64,000 nt of DNA from Paraphysomonas bandaiensis (Eukaryota; Protista; Chrysophyceae), in the NCBI GenBank assembly GCA_965644295.1, contig CBFFRP010000132.1:218704-282703 (forward strand), in the 5' to 3' direction. The first letter of the stretch is position 1. Every line of letters starts with the position of its first letter. Of this stretch, positions 41,278-55,248 are shown piece after piece. The notes beneath the pieces were generated by a model, which did no database searches, was not told the DNA's origin, and saw only the letters and a program-made list of their open reading frames with translations. A program made the translations under genes and the position numbers.

Positions 41278-42498
41278 GATGTTTCAGCACACGATGAACT
41301 AGTATTTCCTGGATTGAACGCTAACTACTCGCTTAACATCATCGAGCTATAGGAGCTACTCAGATCAAATTACAGAATGAACTTTGCTGCTACAGAGATG
41401 AGACGAATACATCGAACAGGACCTAAAGCTTCCATATCCTTAAAGTTCATAAGACCAGACTATTATAGCGATATATATATATATATAAATACTTCAGTGG
41501 TGCACTTCGCTCCAGTGTGTTACGTATGTATGTAGATCGTCTGGAGATGGTTCTGCAGTCTGCAGTGCACTCAGAGTGTCTCTCATAGTTGCAGAGGTGT
41601 ACGACCGTTTTCTATGGCTGCTATTAACCAATCATAGTGGTACTTTATCTATATGTTCAGTATAATTGGTTGAAGTGTATTGGAGCATATACAGCAGTAT
41701 ACGGGTATACGGTCCATATACTGCTCATATCCGCATGCAACCGGGATATCATTGTTATCGTATCCGCCTATTAAAACAAAGAGGTTCGGTGACACAATGC
41801 GTCCAAAGCAGTCTCTCAACTATAGGGCTTTGTTTGTATGTATGAGGATGAGGATGAGGGCAGTTTGAATGAAGAGACTCTCTCTTGTCGTATCCAGTTA
41901 ACGAATATATGTAGCCTGTGACGAATGATACAATGCAAGATCATTGACAGTACCTCTGTATTCCATGACCCCATAGGTTCCGCATATGTCTTAGTTGGAT
42001 GGGATCCCCAGTTACTTTGAGTGTTGATTATCAAATGTAGTGTGTGTGTTCCCGAGAGCAAATGAAGATTCACGAAAGAACATTCAGGACAAGAAAAGTA
42101 TATAGTGGCACTACCAGGTTAATCATATTTGTGTTCCATGAAATGATCCTTTCACGCACCACTTTGGAATGTGCAACCTCCTACTAGTCTATTGACGGGT
42201 TTTTGCATGCGAGGTCGCTGCTGGATGTCGATTTGTGATTTAATGGGCAATTTGTTATAGTATCAAGAACGAAGAAGCAGAGAGCGCTTTATTGGATGTT
42301 TTTTAACTTAAAGACGGTAATGTAAAAGGAAGAAAATAGTATCCGTGGTAAGGAATCTCTGACAAATGGCATGATGATTTACTCCTGGGTCATAGCATTT
42401 GCATTCGAGGGAAAGGGAATTGTGTAATAAACCAATTGCTATATTTGTTAATGAAACTTAGCTAAACTTTACGAAATAGACACACACCAGTTGGAATT

Positions 42499-44199
42499 CT
42501 ATGCGACTGACATATCTGTAGTATCGTTATCGTGGTGGTTCGTAACCGTAAACAGCTCTCGACGTATTTCTGTTGTAATTTGATGATGCTGCTGTGCACG
42601 CAATAAAGCTTTAAGCTTTGCTCGCTGACTTTCATCCAATTCAAATTTATATCTTTGCGCGAATGCCAGAAGGGCTTGGTGCCACAAGACCTTTAACAGA
42701 TGCTTACAAACAGGTACATACTTATACTATACGTACCGGTAGGACTCTTGTCTCTTGAGTAAAGGCACAAAAGTGGTTAACCAATGCATCAATTACACGA
42801 CGTGGAAGGGCGTACTTCTTGTTGATAAGGACCTTAATGAACAGTGACGTAGAGCCACTGTACGTCATATCAGCCAATCGCAATAATGCTGCAGCAGAGT
42901 GGTTCCCGGGGACGGATACCTAGCGACAAATAAAACAGAACAACAAAGATATTACAAGACACCAGCGGTATATAATAGAACAACAGGCAGAATATCACAT
43001 TAAATTTGGCTCAAAATATCACAAAAAGCCAAATGCAGTACCTTTGCTAATACACTGCCTATGATTGTGGCCTCACGAAGAGTGCACGTACGAGAGCTAG
43101 CAAGAGGAATGAGAATACCTTTATAAAATGCACCAGGCTGGCAGAACTCATTAAAACACACTTTAAATATATTTATTCCTACCTTAAATAGCGCTTTCTT
43201 TAAAGCCATATAAAGGTGATAGTTTAACTTGTTATTCGCTCTAATATCATCTCGGCACTTCTCCAATAACACAACACTGAAGAACCTCTGCATAAACACC
43301 AATTTAGTGATATTCAGTGACTATTATGAGCATTTAACCTGAGCCATCTTTTCATTTAAATTAGAGGCAAAGATACGTGTACAAGCGAATGTAGCACAGG
43401 CAGACCATTGATCTGGTCTTGTTATCCAAAGCACTTCCTGAGAAGCCAAATTAAGCACAGACACGACCACACAATATATTACATCAAGATATGAACCGTA
43501 CCTCCCAGTTCTTGAGATGCGGAAGCATCTTGAGGGCTTTCGGAAGTTTGCCGGATTTATAAGTGTGCAGCATTTTGCCTACCATGGTATAGACCTCCAT
43601 TACCTGGATAAACATTAAATGTTGTATTTCATGATAACACCAACAATGGATACCTTTGGAGGAATCGGGGCTTGAGCCATTTCTTCCTCTTGTAAATCTT
43701 CACCAGACTCTTTCTCACGTATTTTGTTCATAATTATATCGGCCAGTGTTCGACTATCCTGCTTATCTGAATCTAGAAACCGATGCACAATGGCTTCTTC
43801 AGCCTCGGTAAGATCATTAACATCAACATATTCGCCATCATATTCCACCATATCCTCTCCCTCTTCATCTTCTTCAACATCATCCTAAGTAGATATCTTG
43901 TCAGCTCATGTAACAGTGTAGGAAACACACACACTCACATCATATTCTGAATCGCTGTCCTGCGGCTGTAATCGTGTCGGCAATCGCTCAGCCTCACCCA
44001 TCGACATCTCCATCCTCTGTTCTCTTGCCTGGTTATATATCTGGGTGCCTAGTGTATCAGGAATAGCCTCATCATCGTCGTTATGCGCAGGCTTCGCCTT
44101 GTGTGTGTGTTTCTTCTTCCTGTCAGTGGTATCAGTCTCCATGCCTAATGGGGTGTGCCTCAGCTGCACAGACTTCTTTTGTTGCTTTTCTTTAGGCAT
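42499..44199 (-). CDS. BYSL: Bystin / Enp1 (40S biogenesis), multi-exon
   Basis: [81 protein letters not shown]. Confidence 0.95.
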
Positions 44200-44575
44200 A
44201 ATAAGTTTTATACGACTTGTATTCGCCTAACTGTGACAGTTGTTCTTCCCTGGTATGTATATCTAACATCTCGTACACAGAGCCGGCCATCTCGTCCTGG
44301 CCACGCCATACATCAACCACTGCACTGACTGACTGACTGACTGACTGCATGAATGAATGGGTGAGGCCATATGAGACTGATCTGCTGCTGGTCCTGTCAG
44401 CTAACATTCCACCAGATATTTTCAGTTTTCATAATTTCCGTCGATTGAAGATACTCTTATATGATGGTTTTAGTGAACGAAAATGAAGAGTGCCTAGCTG
44501 GAGTGTGTGTGCTGTTTCTCGGGTTGTTATATATGCAATTATCCATACATCCATCTATATTGGAGGAAAGCAACC

Positions 44576-45039
44576 ATGGTTAAGGAGGGATCAAAGAGAA
44601 CTAAGGCGAAGGGAAGCGATATCGCTACCCGCGACTACACCATCCACATGAGCAAGCGCCTCTACGGTGTTAACTTTAAGAAGCGCGCTCCTCGTGCTAT
44701 TGCTGAAATTAAAAAGTTTGCCACGAAAGCGATGGGAACAAAGTCTGCTATTGCTGTGTGTGTGATTCATATTTTATATTGTTTTTAGGAACGTTAGAGT
44801 GGACACTATGCTCAACAAGCACATCTGGTCTCAGGGGGTGCGCAATGTCCCCAAGAGAATTCGTGTCCGCCTCGAGAGACGTCGTGATGAGGATGAGGAG
44901 GCTACCGAGAAGGTAAGTGCTATGTAATTGTATATCTGTACTTCCTGTGTGACAATGTCATGTGCAGCTTTACACTCTTGTGAAATATGTGCAAGTCGCT
45001 GATTTCCACGGCCTGCAGACAACCAATGTTGAGGCTTAA
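44576..45039 (+). CDS. RPL31: 60S ribosomal protein L31 (eL31), 3 exons
   Basis: [64 protein letters not shown]; introns ~44743-44788 and ~44912-44967. Confidence 0.97.
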
Positions 45040-46399
45040 ATGTCATCTGCTCTTCCATCCATGTAATTAATGGTAAATTTCCTCTTTAGTGTTGATTTTT
45101 CTGGCAATAATGGAATGTGGATGTTATATTGGCGTTGTATCCAATTACCAAACCTCTTAGCATTCAGTTATTAGGATTCGACGAGATTATTAGTATAGCC
45201 CTATATACCTCCAATGTAGGAAAACATGATAACATTTTTGTATCTATTGTGCTGCTAGACACAGTGTTGATCAATTTTTAGTTCCAAGCACCAGCCCAAT
45301 AGCTACACTTTTAGCTTTTAGATCTAGATAATTCATTATCCAGTTTTAAGTATCCATCTCCGCATCTACAGGATGCATTGTACTAATACTGTTGGCCTGA
45401 ATGTATACAAGTAAGCGAGCAAAAGCATACCCCTGTCTAGATTTTAGATGACATATGATATTACTATAGGTATATTTACCCACTGGAAAAAAGGAGGCTA
45501 TATCGTCCCGGCTCAAAGGGCGATACTCCGTATCTCTAGGTTAACTTGTAGCTTATCCTCATGATGTTGAAAACTCGATATTTGTAGCATGCTTGCTGTA
45601 GTAAGAAATAACTGTCCTCTCTTCTAAAAATTGAGAAATCAAATGAGAAGTCATATTGTTTCAAATCAATGACATGTATAATGTATACTGTATGCTTAAG
45701 GAATAGCAATTGTACTAGATCAATTCAAAGCAATAAACCCCCTAGTTTCTATAACAGCTTCAACAAATAAATGTACTCCTTCTACAGAACTGAGGGAATG
45801 GCAACTGCGAGTTGTTAAGATTCGTACAAAAGTGTGATAAATGTGAACAATTGTAGTCGCCAGAAGAGGTCTTATTGCCTTAATTAGCATACAACACGTT
45901 TACCCTCTGCTAGTGCAACTGATTGAATGATGTGTGTATGATATCCTGATAAGAACGATATGTGGCCCAAACCCTAAAAGAACTGGGTGTCACTGCTCCT
46001 AACCACCTCTAGACAGCATCTGATATGGCATTTAAACTATTCTTGAAGTTTTTTCGAAGTCCTGGTTATGAAGGTGGATCACTTGCATTATGAACTTCTA
46101 CAGCAGAGGAAGGATGGAATATAACTTGTGGAGTGTTAGATGATCTGCTTTGGATAGATGACTCATGATTGCGGTTTCATTGTGTAATATAACGAAATCA
46201 CATACATATGACTGTCAACATTATAATTACAATAATAGAAGTGAGCTTATGTTGAATCGAATATAGAAGTTAAATGTCTGTATTTGCCCGGTGCTGATAT
46301 GAGTGCTCTGTTGAGCCCAAATCAGTCAAAAAAGCTTTTTTTAAGAAGAAGACAAAATGGGGATATAACAATAGTTTATTTGTTGGTCACTAACTAAGC

Positions 46400-46563
46400 T
46401 ACCGTAGCGACGAACATGCAGCTTCCGTAGAGTTAAACAGTAGGATAAAAAAAGTGTGTACTGATTAGTTACAGGTAGAGGTCTAACTAGGTTGACTAGC
46501 ATTCATCTAGTTACTTAATCGGTGCAGGCTTTAACGCCTATTGCTAAATAAAAGACTTTCAAT
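46400..46563 (+). mobile_element. Dispersed repeat, copy 6 (short, truncated within the core)
   Basis: gcagcttccgtagagttaaacagtaggataaaaaaagtgtgtactgattagtt...aacgcctattgctaaataaaagactttcaat matches the reverse complement of copy 5. Confidence 0.78.
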
Positions 46564-47065
46564 ATATAGCATGGTTATAAAACACGGAATTTTTCAGCTG
46601 TGCTCATCGCAATTGTACCCCATGAATTGTCTTCATCATTTTTATTCATTACTAGTCTTCATTATAAACTCGTTCTGTTATCTCTTTGTCCTATTCTAAA
46701 TCATTTCTTACACCAGTTGTGAGATTGTCTTCTCGTTATCATAATCTTTCGTTGACCTATTTCAAACATATAATAATAAGTACTAGAAGAAGCGTCTATA
46801 CTTAAGACCATAGCTTAAAACAACCCTATATCTGGCTATTACACATTGGCAACACCTGGTAGCAACTAGTACTCCAACGACCGTATGTTAAATTATTTCT
46901 TCTGAATTTATCATTCCAACACTTCTGTAATTCTCACACACACCTATGTTTTGTCACCTCTCGCACGAAAAGGCCATCATATATAAATTGCAAGTGTAGA
47001 ACATAGCACTAAATTATCACAAACAAAAATCTACTATTATTATACTGAAATAGGAACACGCACTA

Positions 47066-50000
47066 CTACTTCTCGATAAAGTCATCCATAACAGGCTGCT
47101 CAGGTGCATAATGGCATAACAGCTTCTCAATTTCAGTTCTATATAAGCTTTTCATGTCTTGCATGTCTTGAATAGTGTTTTCTAATTCCTCTTCTTTTTC
47201 ACCCAGTAAAACCAATAGGGCATCATTTTTCCCTCTCAAATCTGCAAGCTCTGCTGTTATTCGAGGCAACGAATCTAAACTTTCTTCATATTCTGATATC
47301 TTTGAGCTCAAAAAACTAACTTCTTCTAGAAGAGCGTCACGAGATTTCTTAAGGTAAAAGTAAGCATATGTCGCATAGTCATAAATATAAAACCTGTATT
47401 TGCTGTATCTGAAGTGTTAGATCGTCAATTTTTTCGTCTTTCTGCAAAATCATCTGATGCGCTCTCTCCGAAGCCATAAACGAAGATTCATTCCCTACCA
47501 TCTCCATAAGTATATATAAATGCATCACTTGTTACTTCCCACCTGGCAATACCACTTGTTTAGCTCCGGTTTCATATCTATGCCACTTTTGGTCTGACGA
47601 AGTTCGGCTACTGTCACTGCACACATCTGGACTTCTCACACTTTTACTTTCTTTCCTTCCATCATATATCCTATCGTTGGTATCTGATACCCTGCCATTT
47701 AATTGACTCCGTAGGCTTTCTAGCTCAGTGCGAAGAACAGCCACCTCATGCTGGCTACTACGGGATAATGCGTCATTCTCATCCCTAACCTGATCCATCG
47801 CTCGTTTATGTCTCATCTCCATATCTCGAACACTACTTTCCAACGATAAACGCTGTGACGTCACATCATCCAATGAGCTCTGCAATTTCTCGATTCTATC
47901 CCTCGATTCTTTATTTTGAAGTGTTAACCGGTCAATTATTGTATTTGACTCCCGACACTGCTCCTCGAGCTCTGACTGCTTTGATGTAAGCGTTTTCACT
48001 TTCTGACGTAAGGCTACACAAAATATGTTAATACATATGCGACTCCACATCAATGACATCATGCAGTACCTGCCGTCTCCTCCTCTAAAAACGCTTTCTT
48101 GTTTTCTGCACACTCGGCAGCATTTTCTGCACGCATTGCACGTTCAGATAACGCACTTTCGACCTTACCGAGTACATTGTCAACAGTATACGAAACTTTA
48201 AAATTTTCAAATACCTTTTGCCAAGCATCAGACTTTAATCGCAACGTCTCTTGGAGAGTTGTTATTTGTCTTAGCAGTGGCGTGGTAGCCCCTCCTACTT
48301 CAGAAGCTAGTGCTTCTCGGCTCGTAATGGCCTCCTGCCATCGCTTGCGAGTTTCGTTTAGTTCTTCTCTCATACGTTCTTCACGAGCTGATGCTTCATT
48401 CATCTGGCGCTGTAAGCTATCTTGTAGTTGCTTGTTCGTTGCACGAAGTATAGCTTCACGTTGTTCCAAATCGCGACGAGATGATTCAGACTCATTTGCC
48501 TTACTCGCACCTAACAACACAGAGCTAAATTAGCAAGTACGCAATAACTGACAACACAAACCTGCCCCAATTTGAGATTGAAGATCGTCTCTCTCTGCTT
48601 TTAACTCAGCAATTGTCCTCTTGAGGTCATTATTGTCGGCCCACGCACTTTCTAATGCTCGGCGCTGAGTAGAAAGCTCATCAACTTTAGAATTAATTTC
48701 CGCCTCTAGTTTAGTCAGTTTTTCCTGAGAGGCTTGATTTACTGCTTGCACGACTATACACAGGAGTAGTGTGCTTTTATGACGGGAAAAATGAGCATTA
48801 TGTTACCTACCAGACATTTGCTTTTGAGAGTTAAGAGCATTAGTTTCGTTCTTCCGAATCACATCCTGCATTTCCTCGATTGTCTTTACGTATTGATCCC
48901 TTTGCTCTTTCAATTTTGCTATCTCCCCATCCTTCTCACGAACTTCTTGACGACTCTTTCGAACATTCTTTTCCATATCACTCTACATATCATTGCGTAA
49001 ATATAATCCAAAGCATAATACGCTAACATACCTGTTTCTTTGCTAATGCTTGGCCTTCTTTCTGAAATGCCGCCAGACTTATATCCTTCTCATTGATTAA
49101 TTCTTGCATTCTTGCAAGCTCCTTTCGTAGTTCGCCCTCTCCGGCACTGGCACTCTGCATCTGTTTCAATCGCCCCTTATAATCGTTCAACTCACTGGAG
49201 AGAGAAGACATCCTTTCAGACGCTTCTTCATACTGGCGATTCAATTCAGCAGTTTGCACATTGGCGTTTTGAAGAGCACGTTCGCGTTGAGTTATCACTT
49301 CTGTGAGATTGTCGATTTCCAAACGCATTTGTTCCGACAGCTTAACAGTCGCTGACTCGAATTCACTTTCCTTTTGCCGCAACTTAGACTCCAATGAAGA
49401 AACCTCCGTTTGAAGAACACACACATTCTCTTCGGCATACTTCAGTGAACTTACAAGTTCTTTGTTTTCAGCCTCTAAACGTGAAATAGTTTGATTCGAT
49501 TCTCTCTTAAGCTCCTCTATCGCGACATCATGAGTGTGTCGAAGATCAACCAACTCCTGTTGCAAAGTATCGATAGTACCCTGGAGTCGCAAACTATTAA
49601 CAGAATCCGATCCAGATACAACATCACTTTCTTCTTGCAGTAAATGAGCACTGCTCATTTCACCCCCTAAACTTTTCTCTAGCTGTTCCAGCCTTTGAGA
49701 ATTCGAATCAGCCCCTGTATTTGCATTCTCTTCCTTATTCAGTCTTACAGCTTCAGCTCTAGCCTTCTCTTCCTCTTGCTGCCTCACAGCATCTGCTTCT
49801 TCCTTCAGCCTCTCGGATTCAGCTCTAGCTTTCGCCTCCTCCTGTTTTCTTAGAGCTTCTGCTTCTTGCTCCTGCCTCTCGGCTTCAGCTCTAGCCTTCG
49901 CCTCCTCTTCCTGCTTCTTTTGTTCTTGATGCAGCCTTAGAGCTTCTTCACGTTTCTGCCTCTCAGCTTCAGCTCTAGCCTTCGCCTCCTCTTCCTGCTT

Positions 50001-51065
50001 CTTCAGTTCATGTTGCAGCCTTAGAGCTTCTTCACGTTTCTGCCTCTCGGCTTCAGCTCTAGCCTTCTCTTCCTCTTGCTGCCTCACAGCATCTGCTTCT
50101 TCCTTCAGCCTTTCGGATTCAGCTCTAGCTTTCGCCTCCTCCTGTTTTCTTAGAGCATCTGCTTCTTGCTCCTGCCTCTCGGCTTCAGCTCTAGCCTTCG
50201 CCTCCTCTTCTTGCTTCTTTTGTTCTTGTTGCAGCCTTAGAGCTTCTTCACGTTTCTGCCTCTCGGCTTCAGCTCTAGCCTTTGCTTTCTCTTCCTTCTT
50301 CTTCTTTTGCTGTCTCAGAGATTCTGCTCTAGCTTTCTCTTTCTCTTCCTTCTTCTGTTGCCTTACAGCTTCAGCTCTAGCTTTCGCCTCCTCCTGTTGT
50401 CTTAGAGCTTTCGCATCTTGCTCCTGCCTCTCGGCTTCAGCTCTAGCCTTCGCCTCCTCTTCCTGCTTCTTCTGTTCATGTTGTCTCAGGGCATCTGCCT
50501 CTTGCTCCTGCCTCTCGGCTTCAGCTCTAGCATTCTCTTCCTCCTGTTGTCTCAGAACTTCTGCTTCTTCTTTCTGCCTCTCGGCTTCAGCTCTAGCTTT
50601 CGTCATCTCGTCTTTCTTCTTCTCTTCCTCTTGCTCTGTCAAAATATCTGGTTCTTTGTCAAAAACATTTCCCCCTTTTTGAACCTCATTCTGGCTCTTA
50701 TAAACTGTCTCGTCGCTTACTAAATGATCACTAGCCTTGCGTGTCCTCTTCCCATTCTTCGCTCTTGCTGCACTGGAAGGCGTACGAGACGACAAAGACA
50801 TTGTTTTAGATGGAGTCGAAGGTGTGTCCATAGTGGTATCTACACTGGGAGTGGAGTTGAAATCATCACATTTCGAAACTGTTTCATCAGGTCTGGATTG
50901 AGTGGCCTCTTCCACCTTACAGTTGCTGCTATCGTCATAGTGAACATCATCTCCTTCAGCGACTGCTGCGTCCATCTGAGCCTCAAATTCCTCACTCATT
51001 TTCTTAACGTTCTTAATGGCTTCTCCTACCATCCCAGACATATTAACGCCCAGTGCGCCCCACAT
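47066..51065 (-). CDS. TMF1: TATA element modulatory factor 1-like golgin (TMF1/Sgm1), multi-exon, with charged repeat insert
   Basis: EGQALAKKQ; ATTPLLRQI; C-terminal LLVLLGEKEEELE...DMKSLYRTEIEKL; long coiled coil. Confidence 0.85.
49745..50630 (-). repeat. Coding repeat (EAKARAEAERQ units) with a higher-order 300-bp duplication
   Basis: cttcagctctagc recurs throughout; sequence from 49751 repeats from 50051. Confidence 0.9.
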
Positions 51066-51247
51066 GATCTTATATACTTAGCAGGGACAGGGGTACACCT
51101 GGGTCAAGCTATTCTACTCTCCCGACAATCAATACGGCTGTTTTCCCCCTAGTGAGAGCCGAAGATGTCTATAGTCCAGTATAATTATGACACGATTTAA
51201 CGGACGGGCCGATTGTAACTATAGATGAACACTCAGTGCAGTGTGTT

Positions 51248-51287
51248 ACTGTGCTGTGCTGTGCTGTGCTGTGCTGTGCTGTGCTGT
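51248..51287. repeat. (CTGTG)n microsatellite in the TMF1/POP1 divergent promoter region
   Basis: About 8 tandem copies. Confidence 0.9.
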
Positions 51288-51609
51288 ATATTTCATGCGG
51301 CATATATCTACATACCCGTATACGGTATACCATATATTGAAATGTGATCCGTAGTGATTCGGCATGGACAATTTTACATTTTGCAGAGCAATTCTTTCGA
51401 AAAAATATGCATTCGTTTGATTTCAGTGCTATTTTTCTGTGTGCTGTATATTTTATGACGTAAAAATGATCATGTAAAAAAGTTAGGAGTAAATGTACGG
51501 TGTTTGAGTGACCTCTGAAGTGATAGTATGAAAGAAGTGAGGAAGTGGCAAAGACTGAAGGGTTCAATTAGTCGTCAGCGAATATTCGTGTTGTCCAATC
51601 AGCTGCTCG

Positions 51610-54258
51610 ATGGACCTGGTCACTCCTAATCTAGTGATATCCAGCTACTTTAATGTGAGACTGTCTGTATATGCGTGTGTAGAGATCCATATATGGGTGT
51701 CTCATTGTCTGTTAAGAGCATAACTACATCCCCCTCATATCATTTTATCACAGGAGCGTTATGATGATATTCAAAGACTCCGAAGTAAACTGCGAAGCAT
51801 GTCTAATAAACGCAAGCTTGATGATGGCCCGCCTGAGAGGCGCTGCAGTCGACGTCGAACAGGAAGTTATCGCAAGTTTCGCATTAATAGGAATGCATTG
51901 AGATTACTGGAGAGACACAACAAGGCCAATCATAGGGATAGGGATGATAAGTGGTGTCGAGAGTATCGAAGAAGAAGATCTCAACTGGTTGCTCGTCAAG
52001 GGACCAGCTCTGGTCATGCTGTGGTTGATGCTCTCTGGCTGCCAACACATTTATGGCATACGAAAAGATTTCAAATGAAAAAGCAATGGAATTTCATATT
52101 ACCTCAAAAATCAGCTGCTAGAGGACAGAAGTTCGTGTGGGAAAAGATGCGAAATGGGAGTGTGGTGCACGATGCATCGTACATCAGACCAATTCAAGTG
52201 GAAGGGAACACTGAAGTAATTATTGGCGTGCTTCAGGCACTCATGGTACGCACACATCGAATATATGAACGCAGCTTATAGTATTTTTTGTAAGGATCCT
52301 TTAAAAAAAGATTGGCAGAAAGAAATAAATATCGACGGGATCTGTGAGCAGAAGGTAGGGCCTATTGTGTGCTAGCGTATGTTGTGTTCATTACTCCACG
52401 CTTCAGGTCTGCTTTTATAAGGCCAATAGTTTTCCGTCGCAATGTATCGGTCCTGTTATATTGCACTTTCATCCATCTGTACTTGATAGAGACAGTAATC
52501 ATTCCAAGGTAATACTTTTTTACCTAAGACTTTTTTTTGACTCAGTGACAGCTATGGGTGTGGTGTCATCCGTCCATTTATGACGACGTGTTCGGTGAGT
52601 TGGTGTCAGGAGTTGACTCCTTGGGAGCTGGTGAGGAGCCTTCTGCTACTGTCGAATCACTTTCTAGTCAACTTTGTCGATTTTCGATAATTGGATCGCT
52701 ATCTGCGACAGTGCTGCAGCGTGTATTGGTACCAGCCACGCTGCCCTGCAATGCACAGGGAACACCAATGGGTGAAAATGGTGACTTCTTCTTGGAGCTT
52801 CTGAATAGCCCCGCAGTGGGGGCTGTGTGGAAACATGGCCATGTGTTGGGATTAGACGTGATTGACTGTAGAGAGCTTAAATACTCTACTTCAGGTAAGA
52901 CAGATGTCCGGGAGGAAAACCCCTATAAGAGATGGGACAAAACCAGCGATATATCGGATCCTCGTCACAGTAGCGCCCTACCAGGACAATCTCAATGGCT
53001 GAAGTGGCCAGAGACTGCGCCCATGTCGGGTTTATATTCCGAGTTGTGTCGCAAGCAGTGTACTGAAGAGATGATTTCAACTAGTGCACTAAACGCACAT
53101 AGACATAAACAAAGAGAGAGTGCGTGGACACTTCCCACCGGTGTACGAGGGGACGCCAGTGGCACATGGACTGCAACTGGTACACCCAAATCACAAGAAA
53201 GTTGTAAAACTTCTGTTCAAACACGTAATGTGTTCCCTATACTTTTGGTTCGTAATCACGGGTCTTCTTTATGCTCTGAGCCTCAGGGTAGTGTGCTCCC
53301 ACGAAAATCAACGTCTTACGGTCACAAATGGCCACACAAACGTATGAAATCTGCTGCTGGTGTCCTGCCGAGTTCGTACTGTGGGTGGGATATCATTGCT
53401 CCGGCAGCGTGGGCTTGTGTGTTGTGGCAAGCGTTAACATACGCCGGTGCTTGCGCAGTTGGTCAAGACGAAATGAACCTGATCTACACCGCTTCGAAAA
53501 TCCCTGCATTCCCCAGAGATTACCCTGATACCAAAGCAGGGTTGCAGTATTGGAAAGAGCTGGAAAAATCTCTTAACAATCTTAGAAGCAAACGACCAAG
53601 TAGGAAAAAGTTGATTAAAAAGACAGGAGAGGACGCTATATTCCGTGATTTTTTTAGTCTTGTATCTCACAGAGATGGCGAGTACCAACTTGTTCAAATT
53701 CGTAACCCAGAGTATGTTGCCCCATTTCTTCCACCCGTAGTGTTGTCACGGACTAGTATGCGATTCGTACAGCCCGATCGCCTGGTGGAAATGAATAGTC
53801 CGGATGAAGGTACTAGAGACAGTTGTACGGCGACACTTTCTCTTCCTTTTCCAACTGTAATCAGAGTATTCATCACCTGCACAGGACGGGGTGTACCTCA
53901 AAGTGGAGCAGCTTTGTATCAGCCTCTGCTATCTGATTATGAAGCATGGGTGAAGCACAAGAATAATAAAGACACCAATACGACTGCACATGGCCGCAGA
54001 CTTGCAGATTGGTGGGGCGATAGAGCCCAGGCATGTGATGATGACAGAAATGTTATTGGCTATGTGACGTCGGCGTGTGGTTTGACACATATCAGTGATA
54101 CTAGAATAGCGATCGGATTTTGTGAAGCTTTAGCATTGAAACGTCTACTTTATGCGTCGTGCGAAAGAGTAGTCGGCAGTGGCAGTTTGTTGATACTATA
54201 TCGCAATAGTTTGTCTGAGTGGTTCAGACCTGCCCTACTAGAAATTCACGTGTTTTAA
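51610..54258 (+). CDS. POP1: RNase P/MRP protein subunit POP1, multi-exon
   Basis: WLPTHLWHTKRFQM, VHDASY, WVWCHPS, GWDIIAPAAWACVLWQAL, FPRDYPDT, IGYVTS. Confidence 0.92.
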
Positions 54259-54522
54259 TAATAATTTGTCTCCTATACTTCGAAGCTGTTCTGAAGGATG
54301 CATTGATATGACTAACTACGTATAGTTTCCTATTGTCGGTTGCTTGGTAGTTTCGAACAGGATATCTAAACTGTGGCAGAAGACTTAAATATAGTTTATA
54401 CAAATAGCAACACACTCTCATTGACGCGAAATCAATGTGAATGAAAATGAAAATTATTTTATTCGCTCCAGTTTAGGACATAGTGTATAGGTACTAAGTA
54501 CTGATGTTTCAAGAAGATGCAA

Positions 54523-54832
54523 CAGTGAATGTCTCATAATTAGTAATTAGCAATAGGCATGTAAGAGTCAGAACTAACTAGTAGTACTTAACTCTGATAT
54601 CCTAATGTTTAGCGCTACGAAAGCTGCTTTGCGTCACTGCAAGTACCAAGTGCGACCACTTTCGCTCTCTGTCCTTAAGGTGAACTAGCCCAGATGCTTG
54701 ACTTCAGCAGGCAGCCCAATATACCACAGATGCCGTTGACGTGGGCCCATTCCCGGATTTCTGTTTATAATAGTCAACAAGGCCCAAAGGTGTCTGCACC
54801 AGAAATGACACTTATTAGCGTCCCTTGTATCA
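54523..54832 (-). mobile_element. Dispersed repeat, copy 7 (long form), head-to-head with the large LINE
   Basis: Colinear with 35899-36265 (core, cttaaggtgaac, gggcccatt.ccgg, gacacttatt..gtcccttgta). Confidence 0.8.
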
Positions 54833-55248
54833 TATTGAATGTCTGATTATTAAAAAGCGCAAGCTTGTGCGTTGTCGCGACCAACCTAACAACTCGCGCG
54901 ACACTCTAAGACTCTAAGCATATATTATGACTCTCAACTCTGGTTACTATTGCATGCACGAGACCGACAAGTGCTCAACTATACAACACGATTAGTTAGC
55001 TACGTGGGCATACGACGAGTTGTGTGTTTTAGCCGGATCATACGCTTCTGCCCAATCTACTTGTCTTAACACACAAACAACTTGCGGTCGGTGTCTTCGG
55101 CATAATAATCTATATTATGTCTCCTGTATAATATGCGGCAGATCATTAGGACCCTCTTCAAGGTGGTATTTTCACAGCAGCAGGTAGTCTGGAGGGGAGA
55201 GTAGAGTAGCTCCAGCGCCTGTCCTCCCACGGTCACAAGCGGTCTGAG

